From contig CAKOTZ010000006.1 in the NCBI GenBank assembly GCA_934120395.1, forward strand, positions 16,914-80,913: 64,000 bases of DNA, read 5' to 3'. Shown piece by piece: positions 36,594 to 46,975 of this stretch; the first letter of the stretch is position 1; the number at the start of each line of letters is the position of its first letter. The DNA comes from an uncultured Clostridia bacterium. Its GTDB lineage: Bacteria; Bacillota; Clostridia; TANB77; CAG-508. The translations under genes and the position numbers were made by a program. The notes under the pieces were generated by a model. That model did no database searches and was not told the origin of the DNA. It worked only from the letters and a program-made list of their open reading frames with translations.

Positions 36594-39500
36594 ATGAAAC
36601 GAAGTAAAGTGTTATTAGGACTAGTTATGACATTAGTAATGTTTGCTATTCCGGCATCTGCTTTTGCAACAACTTCTCATGAACTTGGAATTGTACAAAA
36701 TAGAGAAGATGGATATGCTTACAGAATAGGAGTAGGTTCTGGAGGAGATGCAAGAAATTTAGATTTATGGAAAATTGTGGAATACTTAAATGGGGGAGTA
36801 ACGTGGAATAACGCAATTTATTGTATTAAGGGTGGACCTGGTTTTGGAGGAACAATTACAGAACCAACGGATAAACGTACTTATGATGTAACTTATGATA
36901 TGAAAAAAGTAGGAGATATTCCTTCTAATTATAAGAGTACGTTACCAAGTGATACTGCAAATACAGTAACTCTTAATATAGGTGGTGTAGAAACAGAAGT
37001 ATCTTATACAAATTATAATGCAGTTTTATGGATTTTAGATAATATGTATCTACCTAAACATCCAGATGAAACACAAAGACAAGAAATGAGAGATTCTTTG
37101 TTAAAAGCAGCATTTAAAGCTCAATTAGAAGATGCAGATTTAGTACCTCCATTTGAAATTAGTCAAATAAATTTAACAGATTCAGATATTGAGGTAATAC
37201 AACAACTTGCTATTTGGCATTTTACAAATCCAGATGATATATATAATGTAGGAAATACTTTGCCAGCAATTCAAATTAGCGAAAAAGATAGTACAACTAA
37301 TTATAACGCTTATAGTATGGAGTCTAAAAGACAAGAAGATGCACAAACTTTATATACATACTTAGTTAATAATGCTATGATAAATGCAAATAAATATGGT
37401 ACAGGTGAAAATAGACATTTAACAGCACCAGTACAATTACTAAATACAAATTTATCATCAACATATATTGATGATGATGTGGTTGTTGGACCATTTAAAA
37501 TAGAAAAAGAATCTGAATTAGCTTATACCTTAAGACCATCAGTATTAAATCAAAACAATGAAGCTATTACTAATTACACTTTATATAAAAAAGGAACTGA
37601 AGGAAAGCCTGTTAAAGCAGGTGAAACTGAAACAATAGAAAGCTTAGTTGGACAAGAGTTTTACATAGCAGTTCCAAAAACATCAAATGTAACAGAAGTA
37701 ACATTAAAATTAATGGTTGATTATTATGAATCAGAAGCAAACTTCTGGACTGTTAGTGGTACAAATAGTGAACAACCAGTTGTGATGGTAGAAAAGAAAT
37801 TACAAACAGCAGAACAAAAAGTAGGATTAAACTATAATTTTGATTTAGCATTAAGAAAATTTATTACAGCAGTTAATAAAACAGCTGTAACTGATCGTGT
37901 ACCACAGGTAAAAGTAAGTGAAAACGGAAAAATAACTTATGAACATAAAAAAACACCTCTTGTTGTAGAGTCTGGAGACCTTGTAACATATACAATTCGT
38001 ATTTATAACGAAGGATTAGTTTCTGGATTTGCACAAGAAGTAAAAGATGATATTCCAGCTGGTTTAAAATTCTTACCAAATAATGAAACAAATAAGAAAT
38101 ATGGATGGAAATTGACAGAAGATGGTAAGAGTATTGTAACTGATTATCTAAAGAAAGATGATAATAATACAAATTTATTAAAAGCATTTGATTCAAAAAA
38201 CATGACTGTACCAGATTATAAAGATGTAAATGTTGTGTTTGAAGTTACAGAACCAAATTCTTCAAAGAATACAATTATAAATACAGCAGAAATTAGTGAT
38301 GATGCAGATGAACATGGAAAACCAATAGATGATATAGATTCAACTCCAAATAATAATAAAGATGGAGAAGATGATATAGACAAAGAATATATCAAATTAA
38401 AAGAATTTGATTTAGCATTAAGAAAATTCATTACAGCAGTTAATGATAACAAAATAGAAGAAAGAGTACCACAAGTAAAAGTTGATGAAAATGGAAAAAT
38501 TACATATACACATCCAAAAACACCAGTAGCTGTTGCAAATGGGGATATCGTAGTTTATACAATTAGAATATATAATGAAGGACAGACAGATGGCTATGCA
38601 AAAGAAATTACAGATGATATACCTGAAGGAACAGAATTTATAATTGATAATGAAATAAACGTACAATATCGTTGGAAATTATCAGCAGATACAAAATCTG
38701 TTACAACAGATTACTTATCAATGGAAAGAGACGAAGATAACTTATTAAAAGCTTTCAATAAAGACAAAATGACCACACCAGAATATAAAGATGTAAAGAT
38801 TGCTTTAAAAGTTACAGAATCAAATGCATCAAAGAATACAATTATAAATACAGCAGAAATTAGTGATGATGCAGATAAAAATGGAAAACCAGTAGAGGAT
38901 ATAGATTCGACTCCAGGAAATAATAAAGATGGAGAAGATGATATAGACAAAGAATATATCAAATTAAAAGAATTTGATTTAGCATTAAGAAAATTTATTA
39001 CATCAGTTAATGACAAGGAAGTAACAACAAGAATACCACAAGTAAAAGTGGACGAGAATGGAAAAATTACTTATGAACACACAAAAGAGCCAGTTTTAGT
39101 TGCAAATTCAGATATTGTAACATATACAATTAGAATATATAATGAAGGTACAATTAACGGATATGCAGAAAGTGTAAGAGATGATGTACCAGATGGATTA
39201 GAGTTCTTGCCAGATAATGAAACAAATAAGAAATATGGATGGAAATTATCAGAAGATGGAAAATCAATTACAACAGATTATCTATCAAAAGATAACAGCA
39301 AAGATAATTTACTTAAAGCATTTGACAATGTTGCTATGAAAACACCAGATTACAAAGATGTAAAAGTTGCATTCAAAGTAACAGATAAAATATTGCCAAA
39401 AGATAGAGTTTTGATAAATACAGCAGAAATTAATGATGATACAGACGAAAATGGAAAACCAGTAGATGATATAGATTCAACACCAGGAAACAATAAAGAT

Positions 39501-40721
39501 GGTGAAGATGACATTGATAAGGAATATGTAAAAGTACAATATTTTGATTTGGCATTAAGAAAATTCATTACAGCAGTTAATGATACTGAAGTAACAACAA
39601 GAATACCACAAGTAAGTGTAGATGAGAATGGAAAAGTTACTTATACACATACAAAAGAACCAGTATTAGTTGCAAATTCAAATATTGTAACATATACAAT
39701 TAGAGTATTTAATGAAGGTACAATGGACGGCTATGCAGAAAGCGTAAGAGACGATGTACCAGATGGATTAGAGTTCTTAGCAGATAATGAAATTAACAAA
39801 CAATATGGATGGAAATTATCAGAAGATGGAAAAACAATTACAACAGATTATCTATCAAAAGATAAGGCTGAGGATAATATAATCAAAGCATTTGATAGAG
39901 AAAAAATGGATACACCAGCATACAAAGATGTAAAGGTTGCATTTAAAGTAACAGAGGAAATGTTACCAGGAGACAGAATTTTAATAAATACAGCAGAAAT
40001 CAATAAAGATAGAAATGAAACAGATACACCAGATATAGATTCAACACCAGGAAACAATAAAGATGGTGAAGATGATATTGATAAAGAGTATGTAAAAGTA
40101 CAATATTTTGATTTATCTTTATTAAAATGGGTTAACAAAGTAATTGTTACTGAAGATGGTGAAACAACTGAAAGAGATACAGGACATACTGGTTTAGAAA
40201 ATCCAGAACCAATTGTAAAAGTTGAATTAGATAGAAAGAAATTAAAAAACACAACAGTTAAATTTGAATATACAATTAAAATTACAAATGAAGGTGAAAT
40301 CGCTGGATATGCTAAGGAAATTAGCGATTATATTCCAGATGGTTTAGAGTTTATCCAAGCTGACAATCCAAACTGGACAGAAGCAGATGGAAAGGTAACA
40401 ACTAGAGGATTAGAGGGAACTTTATTACAACCAGGTGAAAGTGCAGATGTTAAAATTATATTAACATGGATTAATAATTCAGAAAACATGGGAGTTAAGA
40501 CAAACGTTGCCGAAATTAGCGAAGATTATAATGAATTTGGAGCAAAGGATATAGATTCAACACCAAACAATAAGGTTGAAGGCGAAGATGATATTGACGA
40601 TGCACCAGTAATGCTTTCAATTAAAACTGGTGGAGCAACAGTAGTTTACTTTGGATTAATTGGAATTGTATTAGCAACAATTGCAGGTGGAATTATATTG
40701 ATTAAACGTTATGTATTGTAA
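36594..40721 (+). CDS. giant repeat-containing surface protein (DUF11/conserved-repeat type) with C-terminal anchor
   Basis: Signal peptide MKRSKVLLGLVMTLVMFAIPASAFA. Five ~190-aa repeats (FDLALRKFIT..YTIRIYNEG..DIDSTPGNNKDGEDDIDKEY). C-terminus SIKTGGATVVYFGLIGIVLATIAGGIILIKRYVL. Confidence 0.8.
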   Translation: MKRSKVLLGLVMTLVMFAIPASAFATTSHELGIVQNREDGYAYRIGVGSGGDARNLDLWKIVEYLNGGVTWNNAIYCIKGGPGFGGTITEPTDKRTYDVTYDMKKVGDIPSNYKSTLPSDTANTVTLNIGGVETEVSYTNYNAVLWILDNMYLPKHPDETQRQEMRDSLLKAAFKAQLEDADLVPPFEISQINLTDSDIEVIQQLAIWHFTNPDDIYNVGNTLPAIQISEKDSTTNYNAYSMESKRQEDAQTLYTYLVNNAMINANKYGTGENRHLTAPVQLLNTNLSSTYIDDDVVVGPFKIEKESELAYTLRPSVLNQNNEAITNYTLYKKGTEGKPVKAGETETIESLVGQEFYIAVPKTSNVTEVTLKLMVDYYESEANFWTVSGTNSEQPVVMVEKKLQTAEQKVGLNYNFDLALRKFITAVNKTAVTDRVPQVKVSENGKITYEHKKTPLVVESGDLVTYTIRIYNEGLVSGFAQEVKDDIPAGLKFLPNNETNKKYGWKLTEDGKSIVTDYLKKDDNNTNLLKAFDSKNMTVPDYKDVNVVFEVTEPNSSKNTIINTAEISDDADEHGKPIDDIDSTPNNNKDGEDDIDKEYIKLKEFDLALRKFITAVNDNKIEERVPQVKVDENGKITYTHPKTPVAVANGDIVVYTIRIYNEGQTDGYAKEITDDIPEGTEFIIDNEINVQYRWKLSADTKSVTTDYLSMERDEDNLLKAFNKDKMTTPEYKDVKIALKVTESNASKNTIINTAEISDDADKNGKPVEDIDSTPGNNKDGEDDIDKEYIKLKEFDLALRKFITSVNDKEVTTRIPQVKVDENGKITYEHTKEPVLVANSDIVTYTIRIYNEGTINGYAESVRDDVPDGLEFLPDNETNKKYGWKLSEDGKSITTDYLSKDNSKDNLLKAFDNVAMKTPDYKDVKVAFKVTDKILPKDRVLINTAEINDDTDENGKPVDDIDSTPGNNKDGEDDIDKEYVKVQYFDLALRKFITAVNDTEVTTRIPQVSVDENGKVTYTHTKEPVLVANSNIVTYTIRVFNEGTMDGYAESVRDDVPDGLEFLADNEINKQYGWKLSEDGKTITTDYLSKDKAEDNIIKAFDREKMDTPAYKDVKVAFKVTEEMLPGDRILINTAEINKDRNETDTPDIDSTPGNNKDGEDDIDKEYVKVQYFDLSLLKWVNKVIVTEDGETTERDTGHTGLENPEPIVKVELDRKKLKNTTVKFEYTIKITNEGEIAGYAKEISDYIPDGLEFIQADNPNWTEADGKVTTRGLEGTLLQPGESADVKIILTWINNSENMGVKTNVAEISEDYNEFGAKDIDSTPNNKVEGEDDIDDAPVMLSIKTGGATVVYFGLIGIVLATIAGGIILIKRYVL
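37838..40106 (+). repeat. four tandem coding repeats of about 567 bp (a fifth, diverged unit follows)
   Basis: Unit starts (tttgatttagcattaagaaaatt) at 37838, 38406, 38973 and 39543. The diverged unit starts at 40107. Confidence 0.85.
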
Positions 40722-40832
40722 TAAATAAATGAAAAAATGAATTCAAGCTAATTAAAGCTTTGAGTTCATTTTTTCTTTACAATAAAAAACAGTTATGATA
40801 TAATTTCAAAATAGTAACGAGAGGTGGAATGA

Positions 40833-41774
40833 ATGAATCAAATTCTATATGTGGAAAAAAAGAAAAAGAATAAAAAACAAACAACATTAGAAATCGATAA
40901 AATATTAATGTTTTTTGCAATAGCAATACTTGTTTTTGGTGTGGTTTTGGTTGGAGAGGGTACTTATGCAACAATAAAAAAATCAGAGTATACAAGCCAA
41001 GTAGCAAATGCAGCACCTGTTGCTAGTATTGAAAGAGAAGGACAATATCTTGTTATTAAAGCAACACATATTAAGCCAATTGAAGCTATCACATATAATT
41101 GGAATGGAGAAAAAGATACAGAAGTAATTATAAATGGGGAAAATCGTACAAGCATTACAGAAAAAATAGATTTACCTGCTGGAAACAATACATTTAATAT
41201 TGAAGTTACAGATGTAACAGGAAAATCAACAACATACAATAAAGAATTTTCAATTGAAACAGGGAGAGATATTGCAAAACCCAAAATAGACATGAATATT
41301 GTTGGAAATTACATTAAGTTAACAATTACAGATGAAACTGAATTATCTTATGTAACATATAGATGGAATGATGATAATGAAACAGAGGTAAAACCAACAG
41401 GAGCTGATAATAAAACAATAGAAGTTAATGTTGATATATTAAAAGGAAAAAATACATTTACCGTAATTGCTGTAGATTCAAGCAATAATACAACGAAAAG
41501 AGAAGAAACATTTGAGGGAAGAACAAAACCAACAATAGAGGTATATGCCGATGGAGATAGCTTCTTAATAATTGCAAAACATGATACGGCTATAGATCAT
41601 ATAGAGTATAATCTAAATGGACAGGACTATACTGTAAACAATACACCAGGACCTGAAATGCAACATCGTCAAAAAATGGCTGATGGATACAATAAAATTG
41701 TTATAAAAGCTTACAGCACGGAGGATACAGTTGAAACTTATGAAGGAGAATATACATACACATCAGGACAATAA
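40833..41774 (+). CDS. membrane-anchored protein with three Ig-like repeats
   Basis: 313 aa. N-terminal TM helix, then three ~80-aa beta repeats (..ITYNWNGE.., ..VTYRWNDD.., ..IEYNLNGQ..). Confidence 0.5.
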   Translation: MNQILYVEKKKKNKKQTTLEIDKILMFFAIAILVFGVVLVGEGTYATIKKSEYTSQVANAAPVASIEREGQYLVIKATHIKPIEAITYNWNGEKDTEVIINGENRTSITEKIDLPAGNNTFNIEVTDVTGKSTTYNKEFSIETGRDIAKPKIDMNIVGNYIKLTITDETELSYVTYRWNDDNETEVKPTGADNKTIEVNVDILKGKNTFTVIAVDSSNNTTKREETFEGRTKPTIEVYADGDSFLIIAKHDTAIDHIEYNLNGQDYTVNNTPGPEMQHRQKMADGYNKIVIKAYSTEDTVETYEGEYTYTSGQ

Positions 41775-41792
41775 GTTGGTTAGGAGATAAAT

Positions 41793-42719
41793 ATGATACA
41801 AGAAATTTTTATAATTGATAATCAAACAGAAATGATAAAGCAAATACAAAAAATTTTCAAAGCTGAAAGAGATTTTAAATTTAAAAGTGTAAAAACTGAA
41901 GAAATCGAAATTGCATTAAAAAATATTCCTGCATTAATCATTATCAATGAAGACAATATAGATAGGGATGTTGTAGATGTTTGTAAACAAATTAGAGCAG
42001 ATGATGATAATAGTATTACTCCAATTATTGTATGTTCTTCAAAACGAGAATTAGAACACTCTTTAAGCGTTCTAAAAAATGCGGTAGAATATTATTTAAT
42101 TCAACCAATAGATAACGAATATTTGTATTATACAATAAAAAATATAGTACGATTTATGTATATAAATCGTAGAGTAAGCCCTTTAACAGGTTTACCTGGG
42201 AATGTACAGATACATGCCGAATTAAAGAAACGTTTATTGAATAAAGAGAATTTTGCTGTATTATATTTTGATTTAGATAATTTTAAAGCATATAACGATA
42301 TATATGGTTTTATCAAGGGAGACGAAATTATCAAATTTACTGCTAGAACTATTTTAGAGTATATTCATACAGCTGATTCGGGAAGCAGTTTTGTTGGACA
42401 TATTGGTGGAGATGATTTTGTAGCAATTGTAGATTCGAGCAATGATTACGAAAAAATATGTCAAAATATAATAGTGAATTTTGATTCTAAAGTATTACAA
42501 TACTTTAATGAAGAAGATAGAAAAAGAGGCTATGTAGAGGTTGCCAATAGACGTAATATTATTGAACAATTTCCACTAACATCTATTTCAATTGGAGTTG
42601 TAGATACTTGTAACCGCAAATTCCACAACATACTAGAAATTGGAGAAGTTGGAGCACAAGTAAAGCATTTGGCAAAAATAACTCCGGGAAGTACATATAT
42701 TATAGATAAAAGAAAGTAG
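41793..42719 (+). CDS. pseudo-receiver plus GGDEF-family nucleotide cyclase domain with GGDDF variant
   Basis: SPLTGLPGN, FDLDNFKAYNDIYGFIKGD, GHIGGDDFVAIV. The N-terminal REC-like domain lacks the acidic pocket (IIDNQ; IIINEDN). Confidence 0.7.
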   Translation: MIQEIFIIDNQTEMIKQIQKIFKAERDFKFKSVKTEEIEIALKNIPALIIINEDNIDRDVVDVCKQIRADDDNSITPIIVCSSKRELEHSLSVLKNAVEYYLIQPIDNEYLYYTIKNIVRFMYINRRVSPLTGLPGNVQIHAELKKRLLNKENFAVLYFDLDNFKAYNDIYGFIKGDEIIKFTARTILEYIHTADSGSSFVGHIGGDDFVAIVDSSNDYEKICQNIIVNFDSKVLQYFNEEDRKRGYVEVANRRNIIEQFPLTSISIGVVDTCNRKFHNILEIGEVGAQVKHLAKITPGSTYIIDKRK

Positions 42720-42878
42720 AGAAAAATATATATGAAAAGTGATAAAAAAGATGTATGAAAACTTTTTTATCACTTTTTTTATTTTATGAAACTTTTGGTA
42801 AAGAAAAGTTATCTAATATATTAAGAAATTTCTAACTAAATTTATGTAAGAAGAAAGAGAGGGGATGAATAAAAGCCA

Positions 42879-43424
42879 ATGAAAAAGCTAATATGTAGAA
42901 CCAATAAAAGTATAGATGATGAATTTGTTGAATTAGTAATGGAAGCTAAAGAAAGCATGTACAAGATTGCCAGGTGCAGATTAAATAATTATGAAGATGT
43001 TTTAGATGTTACTCAAAATACAATATTATCTGCGTATAAAAATGTTACACAACTAAGGAATAAAAAACATTTTAAAACATGGATAATTAAAATTTTGATA
43101 AATGAATGCAATTTATTTTATAAAAAGCAATATAAAAATGAGAGAGTAATGGAAAATGTAAAGCTGTCAGAGCAAAAGCTTGATAAAGAATTGGAACCGT
43201 TCACTAATGTTGTAAATTCATCTATAGACTTTAAGTTACTAATGAAAGTACTAAATGATACAGAACAACTTGTTATAAGTTTATTTTATAGTAATGAGTT
43301 TAGCTGTAAAGAGATAGCTAAGATATTAGATATGAATGAAAATACGGTTAAAACTAATTTAAGGAGAGCAAAAGATAAAATTAAATTATATTACGATAAA
43401 AGGGGTGAATATAGTGAAAAATGA
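42879..43424 (+). CDS. ECF-type sigma-70 family factor
   Basis: 181 aa. Region 2 (FKTWIIKILINEC) and region 4 HTH (CKEIAKILDMNENTVKTNLRRAKDKI). Confidence 0.75.
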   Translation: MKKLICRTNKSIDDEFVELVMEAKESMYKIARCRLNNYEDVLDVTQNTILSAYKNVTQLRNKKHFKTWIIKILINECNLFYKKQYKNERVMENVKLSEQKLDKELEPFTNVVNSSIDFKLLMKVLNDTEQLVISLFYSNEFSCKEIAKILDMNENTVKTNLRRAKDKIKLYYDKRGEYSEK

Positions 43425-44763
43425 AAGTTATGATAAACTTGATAATATATTGTTTAATGAATTTGAAAGAAACTTGAAAATGCCAAAAGATTATGAAGAA
43501 AAAGTAAAAAGTATGCTTGATAAAACAACAGGTTATAATTCCAAAAAAAGAGCAACGGAAATGTTAAAGCATAGTTTTTTAAGAAAAGTGGCAAGTGTTG
43601 TTGTTATATTGGGAGTAGCTGGTGGTGCTGTTTATGCAGGATGTAATTTTGAAAATATAAAAAAATTTATATTTGATGGTGGAATTGGTACAGCTGTTGA
43701 AAATGGGTATGTAGCTAATATAGAACAAAATATTCAAGAGAAACAAATGCAAGTTATAGAAAATAACGAAATTATAGTTGATAACATAGAGGTAGGACCA
43801 AATATTGATAGTTTTGTTATGGATGATAGTAATTTGTGCATAAATTTTAGTTTTAATTTTGAAAATGAAATTAAAAAATATTTGAATTTGAAGGATTTGC
43901 ATTTGTTTGAATTAGAGAATTTGGTGATAACAGATGGAGAAAGCAAAATATTGTTTGAAAATTTAAACAAAGAAGACTTTGAGTCATATTGCCAAAAATG
44001 TAATTTGCAATATGAAAAAGGAGAATTTAATGAAAATTATATTAATAGTGGAGTGAATATTGTAAGTTATGATAAAACAGATAATACCATAAAGATAATG
44101 TACAATGTTTATGGTAGTAAATATCCAAAGGTTAAAAAAATAAAAATAGAGTTTAATGGGATAAGATTAGCAGAACATATAATGGATAATGAGATAGAAG
44201 ATTCTATAGTTCTGAAAGGCGAATGGAGCATAGAACTAAGCGTTCCTGAGCAAATGTATAATAGGACAAGTGAAAGTTATAAGGTTGTTAATACTAATAA
44301 TGAAAATTTTGAAGTATATAGTGCTAAAGTAAGCGATACAGGTTTTGAATTTGGAACAATTATAAAAAACTGTAAAGACACAATGAATGATGCAGATTAC
44401 ATAAACAAAATAAATGACTTACACCAAGTATTAAGTAATCCTAATATTACAGAAGAGGAAAATTTAAGAATTTCAAAAGAAATTAAAAAAATATCAGATG
44501 ACAAATTAAAAGTAATATTAACAGAAGAAATAGATGAAAATAATAAGCATGTTAAATCAACTTATGTTACAAATTCAAATGGAAAAAGATTTGAATTGGA
44601 TTTAACAGTTGGAAGAAAGCAAACTGCTAATCGTATAGATGATGATACATTTGATTATTACAATACATTTGAAATGACAAAGAAGGATTCAACAGATAAA
44701 ATTGAGGTAATATTGGATTATAGAGGAGAAAAGGTTAATATTGAACTTGAAAAAGTGAAGTAA
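43405..44763 (+). CDS. putative anti-sigma factor (single TM, large ectodomain)
   Basis: Overlaps the sigma gene. TM helix VASVVVILGVAGGAVYA at about residue 60. Confidence 0.5.
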   Translation: MNIVKNESYDKLDNILFNEFERNLKMPKDYEEKVKSMLDKTTGYNSKKRATEMLKHSFLRKVASVVVILGVAGGAVYAGCNFENIKKFIFDGGIGTAVENGYVANIEQNIQEKQMQVIENNEIIVDNIEVGPNIDSFVMDDSNLCINFSFNFENEIKKYLNLKDLHLFELENLVITDGESKILFENLNKEDFESYCQKCNLQYEKGEFNENYINSGVNIVSYDKTDNTIKIMYNVYGSKYPKVKKIKIEFNGIRLAEHIMDNEIEDSIVLKGEWSIELSVPEQMYNRTSESYKVVNTNNENFEVYSAKVSDTGFEFGTIIKNCKDTMNDADYINKINDLHQVLSNPNITEEENLRISKEIKKISDDKLKVILTEEIDENNKHVKSTYVTNSNGKRFELDLTVGRKQTANRIDDDTFDYYNTFEMTKKDSTDKIEVILDYRGEKVNIELEKVK

Positions 44764-44940
44764 GAGTGTATAAATTAAACTTTTTAAACTTTTCAGAAAA
44801 AATGATAAATAATATGTTAACATTAATATGTTATTTCTTTTGAATCATTATTAATAGTATCTAAATCTATTTATAAATATAAATAGATTATAGATATAAA
44901 AAGAAAAAGTACTGAGGATTGTTGACAGGAGGAAAAGACA

Positions 44941-45381
44941 ATGAAACGGTTATTTAGCATAGTGGTAACTTGTTTGATATTGGTAGGAATGACTTCGATA
45001 GTGTTTGCTGCCGATAAAAATAATTGGGATTATGGTGTTCATGCAGTTGGGGATATGAATTTAACTGATTGCACGTATACACCAGTTAAGACCATGTTGA
45101 ATTCTGGAAATGTAACAGTTTCAGGTAATTTTCATACCACAGATGGTGGTTCGAAAGGGGCATTGACTGTTAAGGTGTATAACGCTACAACAGGAGCATT
45201 AATTACTGAAAGTTGTACCGAAGAAGGCGTAACAGGAGTAACATCTAGTTTTAGTGTGCCAACATTTTATGTGGGGCAAGGCCAAAAAATAAGACTTTGG
45301 TTTGATATTAGTAGTGCTTCTAGTGTTTCATCAGGACCATATCGTCGTGCATATATAGATTATCAATATGTTATGAATTGA
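44941..45381 (+). CDS. small secreted protein
   Basis: Signal peptide MKRLFSIVVTCLILVGMTSIVFA. Codon 3 is a zero-frame CGG. Confidence 0.5.
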   Translation: MKRLFSIVVTCLILVGMTSIVFAADKNNWDYGVHAVGDMNLTDCTYTPVKTMLNSGNVTVSGNFHTTDGGSKGALTVKVYNATTGALITESCTEEGVTGVTSSFSVPTFYVGQGQKIRLWFDISSASSVSSGPYRRAYIDYQYVMN

Positions 45382-45424
45382 TATGGTAAATTAATTATAT
45401 ACTGTACTTTTTCTTTTTTCTCCA

Positions 45425-46144
45425 TCACAATTGATGGAGATTTTTCTTATATATATTAAATAGTATGGCATAGATTATGTCTTTAGGTTTTAATTTAACA
45501 TTATTGTAGATTTTAAAGTAACTAGAAAAAGTTAATATGTCACATTCATAAAACATTTCATCAATGGAATTAGAAATAGAAGATTTTATTGAACTAATTG
45601 TTCTTTTATATTTTGCTGATAACACAGGATACACATATGTATTAAAGTTAATGTAATCGTATATATTGTTTTTATAAAGAAATTGAATTATATCAATTAT
45701 ATAGGTAGTGCCAATGCGATTTAAATCAAATTTTAAATGTATTAATTCGTTTTGAATAATAATATATAAGTCATTTCTACTAAGAGACCAGTTAAATAAA
45801 ATATTACGAAGACCAAAGCTAAAGTCTTTGGGAGATATACAGTCAAATATAGAATTACTATTATTTTTTTCGGTATTTAAATAGTGATTGGATGTTATTA
45901 AAACAATATTTTGATTCATAGTTAAATTTTTCTCTATTTCCCTAATTAGTGATAATTCTTGAAATTTTTTAAAATGTGAATCTATAATTATCAAATCAGT
46001 TTGTAATTCAATTAAATCAGAAATAATGTTTTGTGAAATAAAGATAACCTTATTTAATCTGGCATCAGTGCAAAATGGAAAAATACTATTTGCTATTGCA
46101 ATAATATTTTGAGAATCATAGCCTACTATAGAAATATTAATCAT
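45425..46144 (-). CDS. degenerate receiver plus Spo0A_C-like HTH protein
   Basis: 239 aa. REC-like N-terminus without a clear phospho-acceptor. C-terminus GTTYIIDIIQFLYKNN...YPVLSAKYKRTISSIKSSISNSIDEMF resembles the Spo0A C-terminal domain. Confidence 0.35.
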   Translation of the reverse strand: MINISIVGYDSQNIIAIANSIFPFCTDARLNKVIFISQNIISDLIELQTDLIIIDSHFKKFQELSLIREIEKNLTMNQNIVLITSNHYLNTEKNNSNSIFDCISPKDFSFGLRNILFNWSLSRNDLYIIIQNELIHLKFDLNRIGTTYIIDIIQFLYKNNIYDYINFNTYVYPVLSAKYKRTISSIKSSISNSIDEMFYECDILTFSSYFKIYNNVKLKPKDIIYAILFNIYKKNLHQL

Positions 46145-46364
46145 AAATATAATCTCCTTACTATAACATAATTATTTAATATTTTTAATGACAAAAACAT
46201 TAAATAAATACAAGTTTGTATTCTATATTAAATAGACAGTTAGAAAATAAAACTTAGTCTCATGATATAAAAAATATTAACAAAAATGTAATTAAATAAA
46301 TCTAACTATATGCAATTTAAATATAAAAAATTATATAAAATATTGAAAGGATTAGATTATAGTA

Positions 46365-46916
46365 GTGAACGAATTAGTAAAAAGAGCAAAAAATGGGGAT
46401 AAAAAGGCATTTACTAAATTGATTAAAATAATATCAGAAGATTTATATAGAATGGCAAGAATACGTTTAAAAAATGAAATAGATATTAATGAAGTGGTTC
46501 AAGAAACAATAATAAAAATATATAAATCAATAAAAACGGTAAGAAGGGAAGAGGCGTTTAAAAAATGGGCAATTAAAATATTAGTTAATTGTTGCAATGA
46601 TGTATATAACAAATCGTATAATAAATATGAATTCCTAGAAGAAAATATAGAGAAAGTTTACGTAAACAAAAACTGTTTTGATTGTGATATTGAGAAAAAA
46701 ATTGATGACATGGACTTTGAAATATTAATAAGAAAATTAAGTTATAAGGAAAGAATAGTACTTACACTATATTATTCAGATGGATTAACTTCGAGACAGA
46801 TAGGAAAAATATTAGAAGAACCTGAAAGTACAATAAAAAATAGAATAAATAGAGCGGTTAAGAAATTAAGATTTTCGTATGAAGTTGAGAGTTATAAAGA
46901 AACAATTGAAAATTAA
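46365..46916 (+). CDS. ECF-type sigma-70 family factor (second copy)
   Basis: GTG start. VNELVKRAKNGDKKAFTKLI, and region 4 LTSRQIGKILEEPESTIKNRINRAVKKL. Confidence 0.75.
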   Translation: MNELVKRAKNGDKKAFTKLIKIISEDLYRMARIRLKNEIDINEVVQETIIKIYKSIKTVRREEAFKKWAIKILVNCCNDVYNKSYNKYEFLEENIEKVYVNKNCFDCDIEKKIDDMDFEILIRKLSYKERIVLTLYYSDGLTSRQIGKILEEPESTIKNRINRAVKKLRFSYEVESYKETIEN

Positions 46917-46975
46917 GTAAAAAAATTAAATGTCATTAAATTAAAAGACAAATAAAGAGCAAATTTATGCTCTTT

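Noticed and set aside
37838-40672. A regular ~567-bp repeat array as a possible CRISPR or non-coding satellite.
   Set aside because: The repeats are in frame within one long ORF and encode a repeated protein domain. There is no short repeat/spacer structure anywhere in the window.
40600-40721. SIKTGG as a bona fide sortase (LPXTG-type) sorting signal.
   Set aside because: The layout fits, but the pentapeptide does not match known sortase motifs. It is reported as an open question rather than as a feature.
41793-42719. The GGDDF motif as a Cas10 or minimal CRISPR polymerase (GGDD) domain.
   Set aside because: The surrounding motifs (LTGLPGN, DLDNFKAYND, the overall ~170-aa layout after a REC-like domain) fit the GGDEF family. 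No cas or CARF genes are nearby.
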